Positions 26,601-41,129 of a DNA stretch of 64,000 nucleotides are shown in pieces. Source of the DNA: Octopus vulgaris. Its lineage: Eukaryota. How positions within the stretch are numbered: the first letter of the stretch is position 1; every line of letters starts with the position of its first letter. Location of the stretch: assembly GCA_951406725.2 (NCBI GenBank), contig OX597814.1, positions 56,110,001-56,174,000 of the forward strand. The letters run 5' to 3'. The position numbers and the translations under genes are program-made. The notes under the pieces were generated by a model that ran no database searches, was not told the DNA's origin, and was given only the letters and a program-made list of their open reading frames with translations.

Positions 26601-28547
26601 TTTCCATGCTGGCATGGGGTTGGATGGTTTAACAGAACTGATCAGCTGAAGAACTGCCTGGACTCCATGTCTGTTTTGGCACAGTTTCTATGGCTAGATG
26701 CTCTTTCTAATGCCAACCTCTTTATAGAGTGTACTGGATGCCTTCATGCAGCACCAGTATGGGTGCTTTTTACAGGGTATCAGCACCCACGAGCCCGCAA
26801 GATTAGGATCGTTTAGTTGAAGTGGGATGCAGGAATCATGTCTGTATGCAAGGATGACCACACTTCTTGATGCAACTATCTTCATTCATATGCATTATGT
26901 GAACATACCAGTGCAGTCTTCTCTCTTGCACCTTACATCTGATGCCTTATATACCCTGTTTTCCTTTCATATCACTTACACTCTGTTGTATATGCATATT
27001 GACATTACCCAACCAGCAGAGCGTACTGGCTTAATTTCTTTGAAGCAGTTGCTTGTCCTCAGAAGTCACAGCCCATGGCTCACTGCCATGTACCAATGTA
27101 TAAAATAAGACACCTAGGTACAATAAGAGACTAGATTGCTCAAAATAATATAGTATTAAAAGAATGACGAAGATATTAATGTGGAAATAATGTAAAGTTA
27201 TTAATCAAAAACCTGTTACCTGAATGTTTTGAATAAGTGTTGTATTTTTAATGCCAACAAGTGCAAATGGTTACATTGACAGGGTGTCAGAGTACTTGCT
27301 GAAGAGTTGCTTGTTCACTGCATCTGTAACCTGGTTACTTAGTACCCAGTGACTCAATCAACCTAGGTGAGGACAAGTAACAGCATGATAGAGTTAGTTC
27401 CCTGGTGTAATCATTATTATCAGCAGCAGCACTGTAAAAGTGGCCTCTTTTATGAACTTAAGGTTGCACTGAGTGTAGGCCTTCCTATTGATGAAAAGTC
27501 TGAGCAAGAGACAGATAGAGAGACATTTGTTTACTATGCTTCCAGATACACATAGCATGAAGACAGTCTTTACTGTATCCTCCTCTAACCCATCTGGTTG
27601 TGGAACTTACCCAAGGGAACTATAAACTAAGCTCTGGTCCCATGAAATTTAGTTTTTGACCATTTAATGCTGCCAACTAAATTCCAGTTTTATGAGGATG
27701 TTTGACTTCTGCTATTAGGGTTATCATCATCAGCAGCAGCACAATCAATTCCTGCTACCTCCATTATCATTATTATTACCATCATCAAAGCTAGTACTAA
27801 GACTATTATAATCACTGTTAATGATGATAATGATGATGATAAACTTTAAGCCAAAATCCTTTAAAAGTACAATGTTTATGAAGTTATGGCATTGCTACTA
27901 CTACTACTGTTCTTTTAAAGATAATTTACTAGGATAAGGAAGTCAATCTCCATAATCTTGGTCTTTCTTTCAGGTTGGAGAAAATGATGTAGTTGATGTT
28001 CAGTCTGGAGTTCTGTTTTGTCTATTGGGAAAATTAAGGAAGATATGGAGTTCTGGAAGGTTACAGTTTTGAGGAAGAAGGATTAGAGATTTCATGTGAG
28101 AGACAGTATGAATGATAAGAATATGATTAGCTTTATTACTACTTTTTCTGATACTTCTACTAATAGTTTCTGGTATAGAGGAGCAGTTGATTAAATCAAT
28201 CCCAGTACTTTGTATTATCAGCATGAAAAATGAAAGGCAAAGTTGACGGTGAGATTTAAACTCAGCATATAAAGTGCTGGAAGAAATACTGCAATCTTAG
28301 GCTTAGAAACATATTGTTGATGTGCATGACAAAGATGAATGTACTTCTATTGATATTAAATGTCAAATGGTGTATGCCAGAGAGAAAAAGTTGATTCCTG
28401 AGGGTGTCAGATGTGGATTGCAGAAATATGAGAATAAGCTTGAGAAAAAGATAAATAGCAGATATACTGTTGAAAGTTTGTTCAACCCATGTTGTTGATA
28501 AAGATGATGGTTTTATATTTTTACCTTTTTTTCTGAACTAAGATTAA

Positions 28548-28975
28548 CCCTTTCATAACGATATTTCTTATAAAATACACTGCATTGCAATTAATTTTGA
28601 AAATAATCAAAAGAGTTGAAGGAACTTAGTAAACAAAACTAATTTATGTTATTAAGTGAGTATTAGAACATAATACAAATTTATAATAGAAGTTTTTAAT
28701 CTAAGTATGAAAATTTTAAAATGAGAGGTTTTGCAGCATAGATCTTGAAAGAGTTTCAAAGGAAGTTCATATCAAACTGATTAATCCTTTTGATTCCAAC
28801 CTGCTTAAGATTGCAGGGTCTATGATTATAAACTGCCATCAAAATTTCATGTTAATTTGTGTTCTGAACACCACTTTCATAATGATAAAGTTACTTCAGT
28901 AAATTCTTCATTATTTTCAAAATTCATTGAAACAAGGCAGTGTATTCTATCAGAAATATGGTACCAATAGTGTTA
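28548..28975. mobile_element. Two adjacent, oppositely oriented decayed TTAA-type MITEs (family 2)
   Basis: TTAACCCTTTC at the left end and TTAA at the junction and right end. Similar to 54515-54735. Confidence 0.55.
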
Positions 28976-29365
28976 AGCATCTTACTTAACTATATATTTT
29001 GCAAGATGTAAGATATATCAGGACTGAAGAGTGTAGCCATAAGTGCTGCATCCTAGCAAATTTGTTGAAAGGTGGATGACAGTAACATGCAGTGTCCAAG
29101 TGAACAGACTGGCTGTAAGCATGTCGCTTTCTTTTAGAGAAATTTTCTTTTTATCATTTATTGTTTACTTGTTTCAGTCATTAGACAGTGTTCCATGCTG
29201 GAGCATCACCATGACAGGTTTAGTTAAACAAATTAAGCCCAGTAGTTATGTTTATTTCAAGTCTGGTATTTTATTTGGCTCTTTTACAAAGTTGCTAAGT
29301 TACAGAGACATAAACAAAATGTCAGAAAGCATACACATGCACAAACACACACACACATACGCACG

Positions 29366-29411
<46 letters not shown>

Positions 29412-29647
29412 TGCCTGCAAAGTTTCCATGTACAAAATTCTTTCACATGGCTTGGTTGGTCCAGGTCTATTGTAGAAGACACTTGCCCAAGGTTCTGTAT
29501 AGTGCAACTGAACCTAAAATCATATGATTGCAAAGAAAGCTTCTTAACCACATGCCTTTATTTTTTGCTTTTGTTATTTCTCTTCCTTACATGATTTTTT
29601 TAAAATGTAAACTCAGATTGTATCTTCTTGTACTGTCTTTGACCTTG

Positions 29648-30060
29648 GGCTATCAGAATCATTAACATGCCAAGCAAAATGCCTAGTGGCATACATCTGT
29701 CTTTACATTCTGGGTTCAAATGCCACTGGGGTCAACTTTGCCTTTCATTCTTTTGAAGTTGATAAAATAAGTACCAGTTGAGCATTGGGGTCGACTTAAC
29801 TGACTTAGTCCCTCCCTCAAAATTGCTGGCCTCGTGCTAAAATTTGAAACTGAGTTGACAGAATCATTAGCATGGTGGATAAAATGCTTAGCAGCATTTC
29901 AAAGCATTTCATCCATATTTACGTTCTATGTCCAAATTCCACCAAAGTTGGCTCTGCCTTTCATCCTTTTAAGGGTCAATAAAATAAGTTCCAGTTGAAC
30001 ACTGGGGTCGATGTAATCAGCTTAACCCCTCCCCTGAAATTGCTGGCCAAAGTTTGAAAT
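29648..30060 (+). mobile_element. Two tandem family A SINE copies
   Basis: Two consecutive units, each with GCCTTTCAT..GATAAAATAAGTACCAG-like core. Confidence 0.82.
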
Positions 30061-30720
30061 CATCATCATCATCATCAGTTAATGTCTGTCTTCCATGCTG
30101 GCATGTATTGGGTTGTTTGACAAGAGCCAGCCAGATAGAAGACTACACCAGATTACTGTATCTGTTTTGGCATGGTTTTATGGCTGGATGCCCTTCCTAA
30201 AACCAACCATCCCATAGAGAGGACTAAGTGCTTTTTATGTGGCACCAGCACAGGCGAAGTCAGTTTTGGCATGGTTTTTACAGTTGGATGCCCTTCCAAA
30301 TGCCAACCACTTCACAGTGTGAACTGGATACTTTTTAAAATATGATTATAACTGTTCAACCCAGCAGATTTTGTATTTTCTCTGGTTGCAAAGTTCTCAG
30401 GCTCATCCACCTCATTATAACACCTTTTTTCTTTTTAATTCTTTGACGTATAAAATCACATTTGCTTAAAATATCTTGCATTGATTTCTTTTTATGCATA
30501 TGTGGTGTATGTGCATGTGTATAGGTTTGTGTGCAAGACATATATACATACAACATGTGCATACACAGACATACTTTCTTAGGCTTGCACTACACTTCAG
30601 TGCTTCTTCCTTTTTCAGCTAGATCAAATTAAACTTTTAACATATTCCTATAACCATATTCAGCTTCTTCACATGGGTATATATATGTATAATTCATATA
30701 TTATATCACTTGTATAATGC

Positions 30721-30769
<49 letters not shown>

Positions 30770-33036
30770 TTTTTTCTTTTTCAGAGTGATGAAGATCAAT
30801 AGACTTAGACTTAATAACCTGCCACAATATTCTACATTTTCAAAGATTTATTCTTTTGATTTCTTCTGTGTTGTTTCTCTTGTCTACAACCTTGGAAATG
30901 AAAATCGAGAAATGTCTACCTTTCTATTTTAGTTTTGTTTTGTGCACCTACGCATACATTTTTCAGCATTACTACAAATTATTTGAATTTGATACTCTAT
31001 GCTCTTCTTTTATCTGTTTTCTTTATTATTTCATTAGTAAGCAAACATGAATTCAATGTATCAACTGTCTTCTTTTTTATCTTCATTTTTTGGTAACCAT
31101 ATATGGTATCCTATGAAGTAGACATCACTTTTGGGTAAAAACTGAAAGAATTTTGAGAATACAGAATATGCTGACTTATGAAGTAGTAGTTTGTATTATT
31201 TAGTTTTATCTAATTCATTGACTTCCAATGTAACCAGATCTAACGAGGCTTTCAAGTTATCTAAAATTATCTCTAATATATATTATAGCCTGGAAAACAG
31301 ATAGTCAATAGCTGTCAATAAAGGTACAAGAAATATTAATAAAGATATTATTGACTTCAGAGCTATCTTATGATAATAGACAGCTAGGTACATTGATTTG
31401 TTTAAAGAACAATCTGCTGCTAGCTATGGCAACCTATGTGATTGCCATCTTGTGATAATGGGACAGCAAAAAATTTGGTAATGATATCATTCAAATATAA
31501 TGATAGTATTGATAACTGAAAGGCTTTCTAAATTAATAACATTCATAGTTTATTTTCTAAGTACACAAGCTCTTTATGTGAAGCAAAACAACTCTATTCA
31601 AGAAATTATTATGCAGCCACAATCAACCCCAACCGATTGCTTGATAGAAAATTATTCAGTTCTAAATAGGAAACTTCCAATTCCCTGCATGGGTGACTGC
31701 TGGTCTTCCATAAACAACTTTGCCCAGAATTGTGCCTCGGAAGATAACTTTCTAGGTGCTATCCTTTTCTGCACCAGTAGTGCCCCAGCTTGGCCACAGC
31801 CTAAAGGCTGAAATGTCAAAGTGGACAACATTAATAACACTCCAAAATTGAGAAAATAATTTAAACCAGCCTTATCCCTACATGAAGAGGAAGTTTCCAA
31901 GAAGAGGCTTATCTCTATTGGCTGTTTAGCTCTGACTCCACTAAAAATGTTATCAAATCAATCCAATAATGAATGTTATGGACAAATCTTAATACATCTG
32001 TTCTATGCAAATGATTTTAAAAGATATACAGGAAACAATGTCAAGGTACATGGTCTAGTGGTTTTAGTGTTGCACTCATGATTGCAAGACCATGGTTTCA
32101 GTTCTTGGAGTGGGCAGTGTGTTGTGTTCTTGAGTAAAACCCTTAATTTCACATGACTCCAATCCACTCTGCTGTACATGGGTAACCCTGCAGTAGTCTG
32201 GCTTCCCATTCAAGAAGAATGGTGCCATCTCAGTCACTTATACACCATGGAAACTGGGCAGCCAACCATATGAGTTCTTGGACTTGAGGCAGTAATGTCC
32301 AGCAGTTACCTTTGCCTTACAAGAAACAGCACTAAGGTGAAGAACATATTAAAATGGTGTACTTGGATTCAACAGTTATTTAAAAAATAGTTATGGGATT
32401 TGTCAAGTAACAAAACTACTCTGAGAAGTGGCAAATTATATAAAACTCAAAATATCAAGTTATATTTTAGACTCTAAAACTAGAAAATTTGAACAAAATT
32501 ATCAGTACAGATACTAAAGTGTAGATGAAACTTTTGAGATATAGTAAAAAGCAGAAAATTAGAATAGAATTTTCTAGAAAACTCTAATATTAAAAGCTAA
32601 TATTAAATATCAAAGGCAAATATAGAAATTAGGTTTAAGTTATTCAAGTTATAAATTATAGCTTTCATATTTTGAATTAGAAGTTAAGTGAATTGAAAAT
32701 GGAAAAAGCAGAAAACTGCATATTGCTTCCTAAATTTACTGATTTAGATATGATATAACTTCTATGCATATATGAAAGAAGCCTAATACAAATAGAGAAT
32801 ACAGAGTAATCATAGTGTGTCTGTAAAATATTTTGAAGCAAACAGAAGTAAGTGAATAACTATTATAAGAGAATAAAAGACATTTTGTTATATAAAAGAA
32901 AACAATAATATACAAACTGAAGATTATTTCATATGGAAGACATCCCTTAATAATTTCCATGCCTACTACTGTTTATTAACTCAAAATCAATATATTCTCT
33001 CACCATAATCTGGCAAGTATTGATAAGAGTAAGCTT

Positions 33037-33075
33037 TATACTGATGAGGTCTAATGAAACTGAAACATGTCTAGA
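33037..33075 (+). ncRNA. Minimal type I hammerhead ribozyme motif (Penelope-type)
   Basis: tata-CTGATGA-ggt(ctaatgaa)act-GAAA-catg-TC-taga. Both core boxes are intact, GUC triplet, palindromic ACATGT in place of helix III. Helix I is weak (one mismatch). Confidence 0.65.
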
Positions 33076-34243
33076 TTTACTGTATTTGTCAGAGTTGCTT
33101 CTCTTCATATACACATGTTCAATTTTTGTTTTTTAATTTTTAATTTTAGAGTTGTTTTTTATACTTTTTTGAAAGAAAAGGATCGTTTAATTATGCTGAT
33201 ATGACTGGTACTTTTTTTTTTTTGTTGGTTCTTGGAGGATGAAAAACAAAGTTAATTTCAGCAGGATATGAACTTTAAAAATAATGAGCTGTAATTAAGT
33301 ACTGCAGGTTCTAATAATTTTGCCAATCCAGTGCCAATGATAATGATAATGATTCTTTACATTGGCATGATGCCTAATTGATATAGCATTATAGGGAAGT
33401 GAAGGTGGTGATGTTCATACATTTTAGAAAGGATATTCATTTATGTAATAACTGAAGTTCTAATGATAGCCATAAATACAGAACCATAAACATATAGATG
33501 CACCATTTATGGAATTTTGTGTCTATGCTATCACATTATAATTGAACTGAGAAAAAGAAGAAAGGCATTACTCTAACTGGAAATTTTCCAGGACCATAAC
33601 CAATATGTCTAAGTTTAGCTTTGCTCATATTGCTATTATTTTTTTTTTTTTGTCTACATTTCATGACATTCATTTAATGCACATGCACACACACATACAC
33701 ATGCCTACATACATATCTACATACTTATGTACATACATATGTCCAGAGAGAGAGAGAGAGGAAGGGAGTCGACTTCCTTAAAATATACATGATGTGGAGT
33801 TTATATTTGTTAGGAGTGATTTAATGTTTCATTCCAGTTGTTGTAGGGGAGTTTTTTTTTCCTTTACTCTACAACTGACTCCAAACAACTGTATATACTG
33901 TATGTTTATTTATATATTTTAACATCCATTTTTCCGTGCCTACATGGGTTAGGCAAATACATATTGCGGAAAATACATACTGTTCTACAGTGAGATACTC
34001 TTCCAGCTGCTGTTGCATTTTTTTTTCTCAAGTAAGGAAATTATTGTTTCTTGTATTTGAAAATATAGACTGAATGGACAAAAAAATGACAAGAGGGAAC
34101 GTCAACTCTAGCTCATGTAGTCATGGAATCTAAACACAGATACCCTTAGATGTGCATACTCACATGTACACATGTATATATGCTCACATACACCAGCACA
34201 GACACACACAAATATGTATATGTATGATGGACTTTGTACAGTG

Positions 34244-34726
34244 TAGGGGGTCAAGGAACATTTTTAACCAATAACCCCAAAATAGATTTATTTACACTAA
34301 CATTATCTGTTTGATTTGAAAGGAAGAAAATCATAGCTTCTTTGAATTCAAAAGATTTATTGACTCTATTTATAGGGAGAAGACAAGTATAGATATAAAG
34401 AGTATAAAACAAATGCATTAGAATAAATTAATATCCTCATTATGAAACAAAAGGACTTTTCTGTAAACTTTTGCACTTCAGGTTTTGAAGAAATGATGTT
34501 GACAACGCCTTAGTAACCAAATTGTTTGTAGTTCAAAATGGCATGACATCTCCTAGGCACATTCATTACGTTGGATAAATTCAGTGTTGCCAGAAGAAAA
34601 TTTTCTGAAATAATAAGGAACACATTTTTTATATAATTTTATTTATGTCTAATGAGTTCCTCATTACCCCCAAGAATTTCATATTTACCCCACTTGGGGT
34701 AATTTAACCCAGTTCACTGACCTTTG
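34244..34726. mobile_element. Non-autonomous hAT-like element nested in a family B SINE
   Basis: Imperfect TIRs (TAGGGGGTCAAGGAAC / GTTCACTGACCTTTG) and a 6/8 TSD (GTACAGTG / GTTCAGTT). The SINE sequence resumes on both sides. Confidence 0.55.
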
Positions 34727-35157
34727 GTTCAGTTTCTGCCTACCAAATTCACTCATTAGTCATTGGTTGGCCAAGGGCAATAATAGAAGACACATGCCTG
34801 AAGTGCCGCTATATGGGACTGAACCTGGAACCATGTAGTTGTAAAGTGAACTTCTTAATAACACAGCCATGTTTGCCCCAGTGAACCATAACTGCATCAT
34901 TATGTACATACATACATGCAAAACATACATACATAAATAAGTAAATAAAAACAATTTGACTCAGTTTTACATGACTTTAAGTTTCACAGGGGCACATAAG
35001 GCAGGTCCATCTCATCAGATGAGATGGATACATGTTATGTGCCCCTGTGAAAGTTTAAGCTATGTTAAGCTAAATCAAATTGTTGTTTTATATACAGGTA
35101 GCTCCTACCAAATGTGTGGAGTTCCACTTTGTTTCGTTTGTTCATTCACTTGTGTGT

Positions 35158-35212
<55 letters not shown>

Positions 35213-35417
35213 TGTGTGTATGTATCTATGTATTTGTAGGTGTAGTCAAGAAGTTTGCTTTGCAACCATGTTTTGGGTTCAGTCCCAATGCAAGTCACTC
35301 TGAGCAAGCATTGATTATTATAGTACTATTACACTATTACACACACACTTTCTCTCTCTTTCTCTCACTCTCTCTCTCTCTCTCTCACACACACATGCAC
35401 ACACATCTATATGCATA

Positions 35418-36675
35418 CAATGTTGGACAAAATAATGGAAACACCTTAACATTTCAAACAAATTTATTTTGATATGGAGTACGATTGCCTTTCGCAGTAA
35501 CTGCAACTTGAATTCTATGAGGTATAGACTCGTACAAAGTTTGAATTGTTTCTAAAGTAATTTTTGTCCATTCTTCAGCTAAAACAATCTCCAGTTCTTG
35601 TAGTAATGATGGTGGAGAATATCGACTTTTTACTTGTTCTTCTAAAATGCACCATAAATGTTCAATAATACTGAGATCTGGGGACTGTGGTGGCCAGATA
35701 AGATGTTCAACTTCACTAAAATGTTCCTTGTGCCATTCAGTAACAACTTTAGTTGTGTGAATTGGTGCATTATCATCCTGAAAGATTATGTTTCCCTCCG
35801 GAAACAGTTCCACAATCATAGGATGAATTTGATCAGATAAAATTAGTCTTGACTATTAATTCTGCCATGAAGGGAAACTATTGGGCCGGCAGATTTCCAA
35901 GATATAGACCCCCAGATCATCACAGATCCTCCTCCATATTTAAAAGTTGGAAGAAGGCTGTCTGGGTCAAATGCTTCCTTTGGCTGTCTCCACATGTATA
36001 CTCGGCTGGTAGTTGAAAATAAGGTAAAGGAAGACTAGTCCAAGAAAATAACATTCTTCCACTGCTCTAGGGTCCAATTCTGTAGGTTTTTACTACACTC
36101 TAAATGCTTTGCAATGTTTGCTCTTGAAAGTAGTGGTTTTCTGATTGCAGCCCTCCAATGAAATCTAGCTTTGTGCAGCTCCCAATGAACAGTTTTTGTG
36201 GAAACTGGATCCTAAAGGTGGTCATTAAGCTCTGCAGTAATTCTAGGAGCTGTACTTTTGTGATCCTTTCTAACAATTTGTGTAAAAGTCTGACAGACCC
36301 TATCTGAAAGTTTTGGTTTGCTTCTGGAGCATTGTTTCAATGAGTAGTTTTTTTCCCTCTTTCTCAAAATCTGTTATTACTTTTGAGACAGTACTTCTTG
36401 ATACACCAAACATTTTGGCTGTTTTCATTATGCTAATGCCTGCCATACGAGCACCAACAATTTGACCTCTTTGAAAGTCTGATAGATCTGTCATTTTAAT
36501 GAAGTTTAATTACCTTTTCCTGATGATATCTGAAAAGAAACAGCAATTTTAGCAAAACATATTAAGCAACACTAATAATAAGTCAAACAACATAAAAATA
36601 AACAAGCTGTTGACAGTTTTATAGATATTTCAAAATTATGATGCTAGGTGTGTCCATTATTTTGCCCAACCCCTG
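35418..36675 (-). mobile_element. Full-length decayed Tc1-like transposon
   Basis: TA on both flanks and ~29-bp TIRs (..GTTGGACAAAATAATGGAAACACCT). Transposase at about 36494-35467: MTDLSDFQRGQIVGARMAG..FQDDNAPIH..WPPQSPDLSIIEHLW. Confidence 0.95.
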
Positions 36676-36780
36676 TACATGTATACTGTGTTATCCACTG
36701 GACAATTTGATTAGCAGAGTTTGATCATTACAGAGTGCTTATAAATTATTCACTTGGATTCTTTAATCTCTTTTACCTTC

Positions 36781-36828
<48 letters not shown>

Positions 36829-36842
36829 AAGTAAGTTCTTTT

Positions 36843-37390
36843 TTAATCTGAAATATACTTTTCTTCATTTTCTACAATGCTTTTCCATCTCTCTGAAAGA
36901 CTTACACGGTTGCACTTCCAAAATTCATTTGTCTGTGCATAAAATACTCCTCCAGTACTGTTCTGACCTTGTCTACAAAATTCATATTTTTTCCATCCAA
37001 ATGATTTTGAAGACTGCAGAATAAATGATCATCAGATGGGACAATGCCTGGCAAATATGGTGGGTGGAGCATCATTTCCTATTCAAACTGCTCCAGCCTT
37101 TGGAATGTCCCTCCTCACTCTATGTGGCTGAGCATTATCCTGATGGAAGAAACCTTTCCTCTTGAAACCAAAGATGGTAAATTCTCACTGGCACGCAGGG
37201 GTTTATGAATGGCTGAATGACCAAATCCAAGCTTCTCTGCTAGTTCCTCAACAGTTACAATGGGATTTTGTTGCACCAGGATTTGTAGTACATCCTTGTT
37301 GAGCTCTAAGATCTTCCTGGATGAAGCTCATCTTCTAGGCTGTAGTTTCCAGCTCAGAATTTCAAAAACCACCATTGACACTGGCTTTCA
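36843..37390 (-). pseudogene. Internally deleted mariner transposase remnant
   Basis: FHQDNAQPH..HPPYLPGIVPSDDHLFCSLQNHLDGK, plus N-terminal GNYSLEDELHPGR. Confidence 0.82.
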
Positions 37391-38539
37391 GAAACCACCA
37401 TTGACACTAGAAACCATGAATTAAGTATTATCTGAGCCTAACAAGATTATCTATGAAGTCACTCAAGCAATATCAATATATGTAATCACGATAAACAATG
37501 AACCACAAAACATGTTCAACCTTACAAGTTTGAAAGACAATACAGAATAATGAGATCCCATGATATAAAAGATTAACAAACAAACATACATATCAAATAT
37601 CCATCCCCATCTTCAGCTGCCTAGCAGTTGGTGGTGTGTGACACTGGAATATTTGCTTCGTATTTTGTTATTAAAAGAAGTTAAAAAAAACAATAAATAA
37701 AAAAGAAACTGTTTTACCACATGAAACCTAATCCCAATTAAAGGAATATCTGAAGAGGGATTAAGTTATTTCCACTGCACAGCTAACTGGGCATATGTCT
37801 TCTTCTATAGCCCTGGACTTACCAATGCCTTGTGAGTTAATTTGGTTGATAAAGGCTGTGTTGTACCCCGTCGTGTGTGTGTGTGTGTCTTTGTGTGTAT
37901 CCCTTCCATGTCACTCGACAACCAGTTTGAGTTTGTTTACATCTCTGTAACATAGCAATTCACCAAAAGAGACTGATAGAATAAGTACCAGACTGAAAAA
38001 TAGTAAGCATTGGAATTAGTTTGTTTGATTAAAACCCTTCAAAGCATGGCTGCAGTCCAATGACTGAATGATAAAACTTAAGTGTATCCACAAACATAGT
38101 CTTTAATGATATAACAGTGCTAAAATAATAACTAATTGGTCTGTTACGTTGCTGTCATTTCGTTTAGCTCCAGGCTAGCCCTAAATGAGTAAAAGTATGA
38201 CTAAAGACATTCCAGCCATGACCATTCCATCTTTTATTTCTTGTATATCTATATTGTTTAATATGATCTTTTTGATGAGCAGATGTGATGGGTGTTAAAT
38301 TTGGCAGCTGTTTCTCGAACAGCTAATGCACAGAACCTTCCTTGTTGATTCAAATTATTTCAATGGTTGTATGTAAAAGATAGCCATTAGAATTTATGAA
38401 TTAGTGATTGGATAGGAAAGAATTGGACAAAAGACATTGTCTGAAGCATTCATGCTTACTTTCTCATCTGGCACAACAACTTACATCTCTTTAATTTTTC
38501 AGTTATAGATGGTTGTTGCTATTTTGGTTAGGTCACTCT

Positions 38540-40765
38540 GAAATGAACAGACCTATGGAAAAAAGACAGGATAAAATTTTTTAACTGTAAAAATAATTGC
38601 TAGGGCCTCCTTTTCAATTTGACTTCATCTCTTCTCTGCCATTATTAGCTAGTGCGAAACATGAACCACTTGTTTTGTACCTGTCTACGTACTTATGTAG
38701 TAGAACTGCACCTAATCCATGCTCGGAAGCATTAGATGCTACAATGATGTCCATTTTGGGATCATAATGTACTAATGACAGGTCTAAGATTAGAATTTTT
38801 TATTTCTTCAAAAGTGTTCTGGTATTTAGTGGACCAACTCCACTTTACTCCTTTTTTTAATAAGTCATTCAATGGAGCTCTTAACTTGTGCATATTAGGG
38901 ATATAGTTTTGATAATAGTTTGCCAACCTAAGAAATGCTTGTAAAGTTGGAATATTTGTCAGTGCTGGCATATCGCTTATTGGGTCAGGACGTCTGCCAC
39001 TTTTATCAATTTTATTTAACCAGAGTATTTAATTTGGGGTAGAAAGAATTTTCATTTTTCTTTACTCAAACTGAACTTGAAATCTTTAATTTTTTTAAAT
39101 ACAGCTTTTATGTGTTCCACATGCTGTTAATGAGAATTACTCTTGATTAAAATATCATTCAAGTACAGGATTTCAAATTCACAATCAGATAACATAGTAT
39201 CCATGATTTGCTGGAATATTGCTGGTGCCCCTTTTAATCCAAAAGGTAATCATATGTATCTATACAATCCTCTGTGTGTATTTATTGTTAAATACTTTGA
39301 GTATTTATCATTTACTTTTATCTGTAAATAGGCTTCAGCCAGATCTAATTTGGGAAAAGTTTTTCCACCATTTAACTTTGAAAAAAATGTTCTCTGTAGT
39401 AGGGAGTGGATGGTGGTATGTTTTTAAGCAGTTGTTCAAACCTATAGAAAAATTGGTGTACTGCCTAATCTTATTATTTTTTTTGTAACACATAACATGG
39501 TTGCTGTCCATTTTGAGTACTCCACCTTTTTGATGATTCCACTCTTTTCAAGTCTATCCAACTCTTCATTTATGGTTTCAGTTGCCATGAACGGTACTTT
39601 TCTATTTGCTCTAAATACCGGTACAGCATTTTCATTTACTTGTAAATAAGATTCCATCTTTCTACATAGACCTAAATCCTCTGATAACACTTGCAGGAAC
39701 ATTTTGTTCAATATTTTTTTTCAGTTCTTCTGAAGACTTGTTTTTAATGGGACAATCATTTGTGTTATTGTAGTAAAGATTTATTGGGAGGCACCATAAA
39801 TTGAATAGTTCTAATCAATATGTGCCAAACAGATTGATTATATTATACACAATGAATAATGTTGCTTCACATGTCTCTCCTCAAAATGTGACATCAATAC
39901 ATGTTTTGCCCATGAAATGTAATTTATCGCCCATTACACTACGTGCTATTTTCACTGTTTTACATTATCTCAATTTGCTAATTTTTTTCCAAGTATCCAC
40001 ATTTATAATCGAGATGTCACTATCTATGTCTAACTGTAATTTAGTATTCCCATCATTTATTTTTACGTGCACGAATTTTCTTGTTTTTCTGTCGCATTCA
40101 CTCTCTACTGAAAACACCTTACAATTTTTTGTGTTTGAGCCTCATAGTCTTGTTCTTCAATAAGAACTCCCGTGTCCCAGCTTCTAACAACTATAGTTCT
40201 TTTTGCTTTTAAATAGACAATCCTTTTTGTAGTGTAGGCCTCCACAACCATAACACAGATTGGGGCCAAACACTATTTTGATTGTGCTTCCTGGGACATC
40301 ACATTTGAATTTTTCCAGTCATTATCTTGTATTTTTTTTTACATCATGTTTAAGATTTACCATAGTCTGACATTCTTCTGCAATGGTCTATAGAGATAAA
40401 TCCTGGTGCACTTGCTCCATTTTTGAAAGAATCCTTGCCTGAATTTCTCTATCTTCAGGTGATATAAGTATTTGCATGAAGATAAGTGATTTGAACATAT
40501 CCTGAGTGGGATCCTGGAGTTTTAAATTTTCACACATACGGATGACTACTCTGGCTTAGGTGATAAAATGATATTCCTCATTTTTTGTTAAGTTCCAACA
40601 CTCCATTCTTGTGTTGAATAATGAACCTTTCTCACAAAATATTTTTGAAAGCAGTTCTACAGTTTCTTGGAAACCAATCTCACTTGGCTTTTTGAGCAGA
40701 ATAAAGTTACAGTAATGCTCATGTTCAGCAGTAGCTACCTTGCATAGTAAAAGCCTTACTTTCTA
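38540..40765 (-). mobile_element. Decayed Ty3/Gypsy gag-pol remnant (Mag/K02A2.6-like), no LTRs seen
   Basis: Gag (KVRLLLCK..YCNFIL, CYGCGGLHYKKDC knuckle), protease (LQLDIDSDISII), RT (RKVPF..INEELDRLEKSGIIKKVEYSKW, LQAFLRLANYY..RAPLNDLLKK), RNase H (IIVASNASEHGLGAVLLH, IEKEALAIIF). Confidence 0.92.
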
Positions 40766-41129
40766 CTTTTCTAACAATATGATCAAAACAAACGGCAGTA
40801 ACCACTTGTAACATAACAACAATCTTTTAAGAACCAACATACTTACTGAAACTGTAAACTTTGAACTCCAACTTTGAACTACCAACACACAAACTGTGGA
40901 ACTAGCATGAACTCTTTTCTTTATTAAATCACTCAGGCTTTATACAAAGAGGGGACAGCACAAGGACAGACAGAACACCACAATGAGGAGAAAAAATACA
41001 GGACAAAAGAATGAAGGACGAACAATAATAATGAAGATAAAATAGCTACATGCTCCCCACTCACAAGCAGTATCATTTAAATGTTTTAGTTTAACATTTT
41101 TAATATCATTTTTTTCCTCTTTTTACATC

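Noticed and set aside
27960-28070. Acceptor-like TTTCTTTCAG followed by a short open frame
   Set aside because: No convincing donor site or homology.
29043-29594. 183-aa ORF and similar VCVC/HTHT/YIYI ORFs across the window
   Set aside because: They run through SINE bodies and dinucleotide repeats and show no protein-like composition.
30770-30805. Polypyrimidine tract plus CAG followed by SDEDQ-stop, a possible terminal exon
   Set aside because: Too short, and no upstream exon could be identified. RNA-seq would be needed.
31652-31900. Possible minus-strand exon after a TTTCAG acceptor
   Set aside because: No donor site or recognisable domain, and all frames close quickly. The sequence looks like a retroposon fragment.
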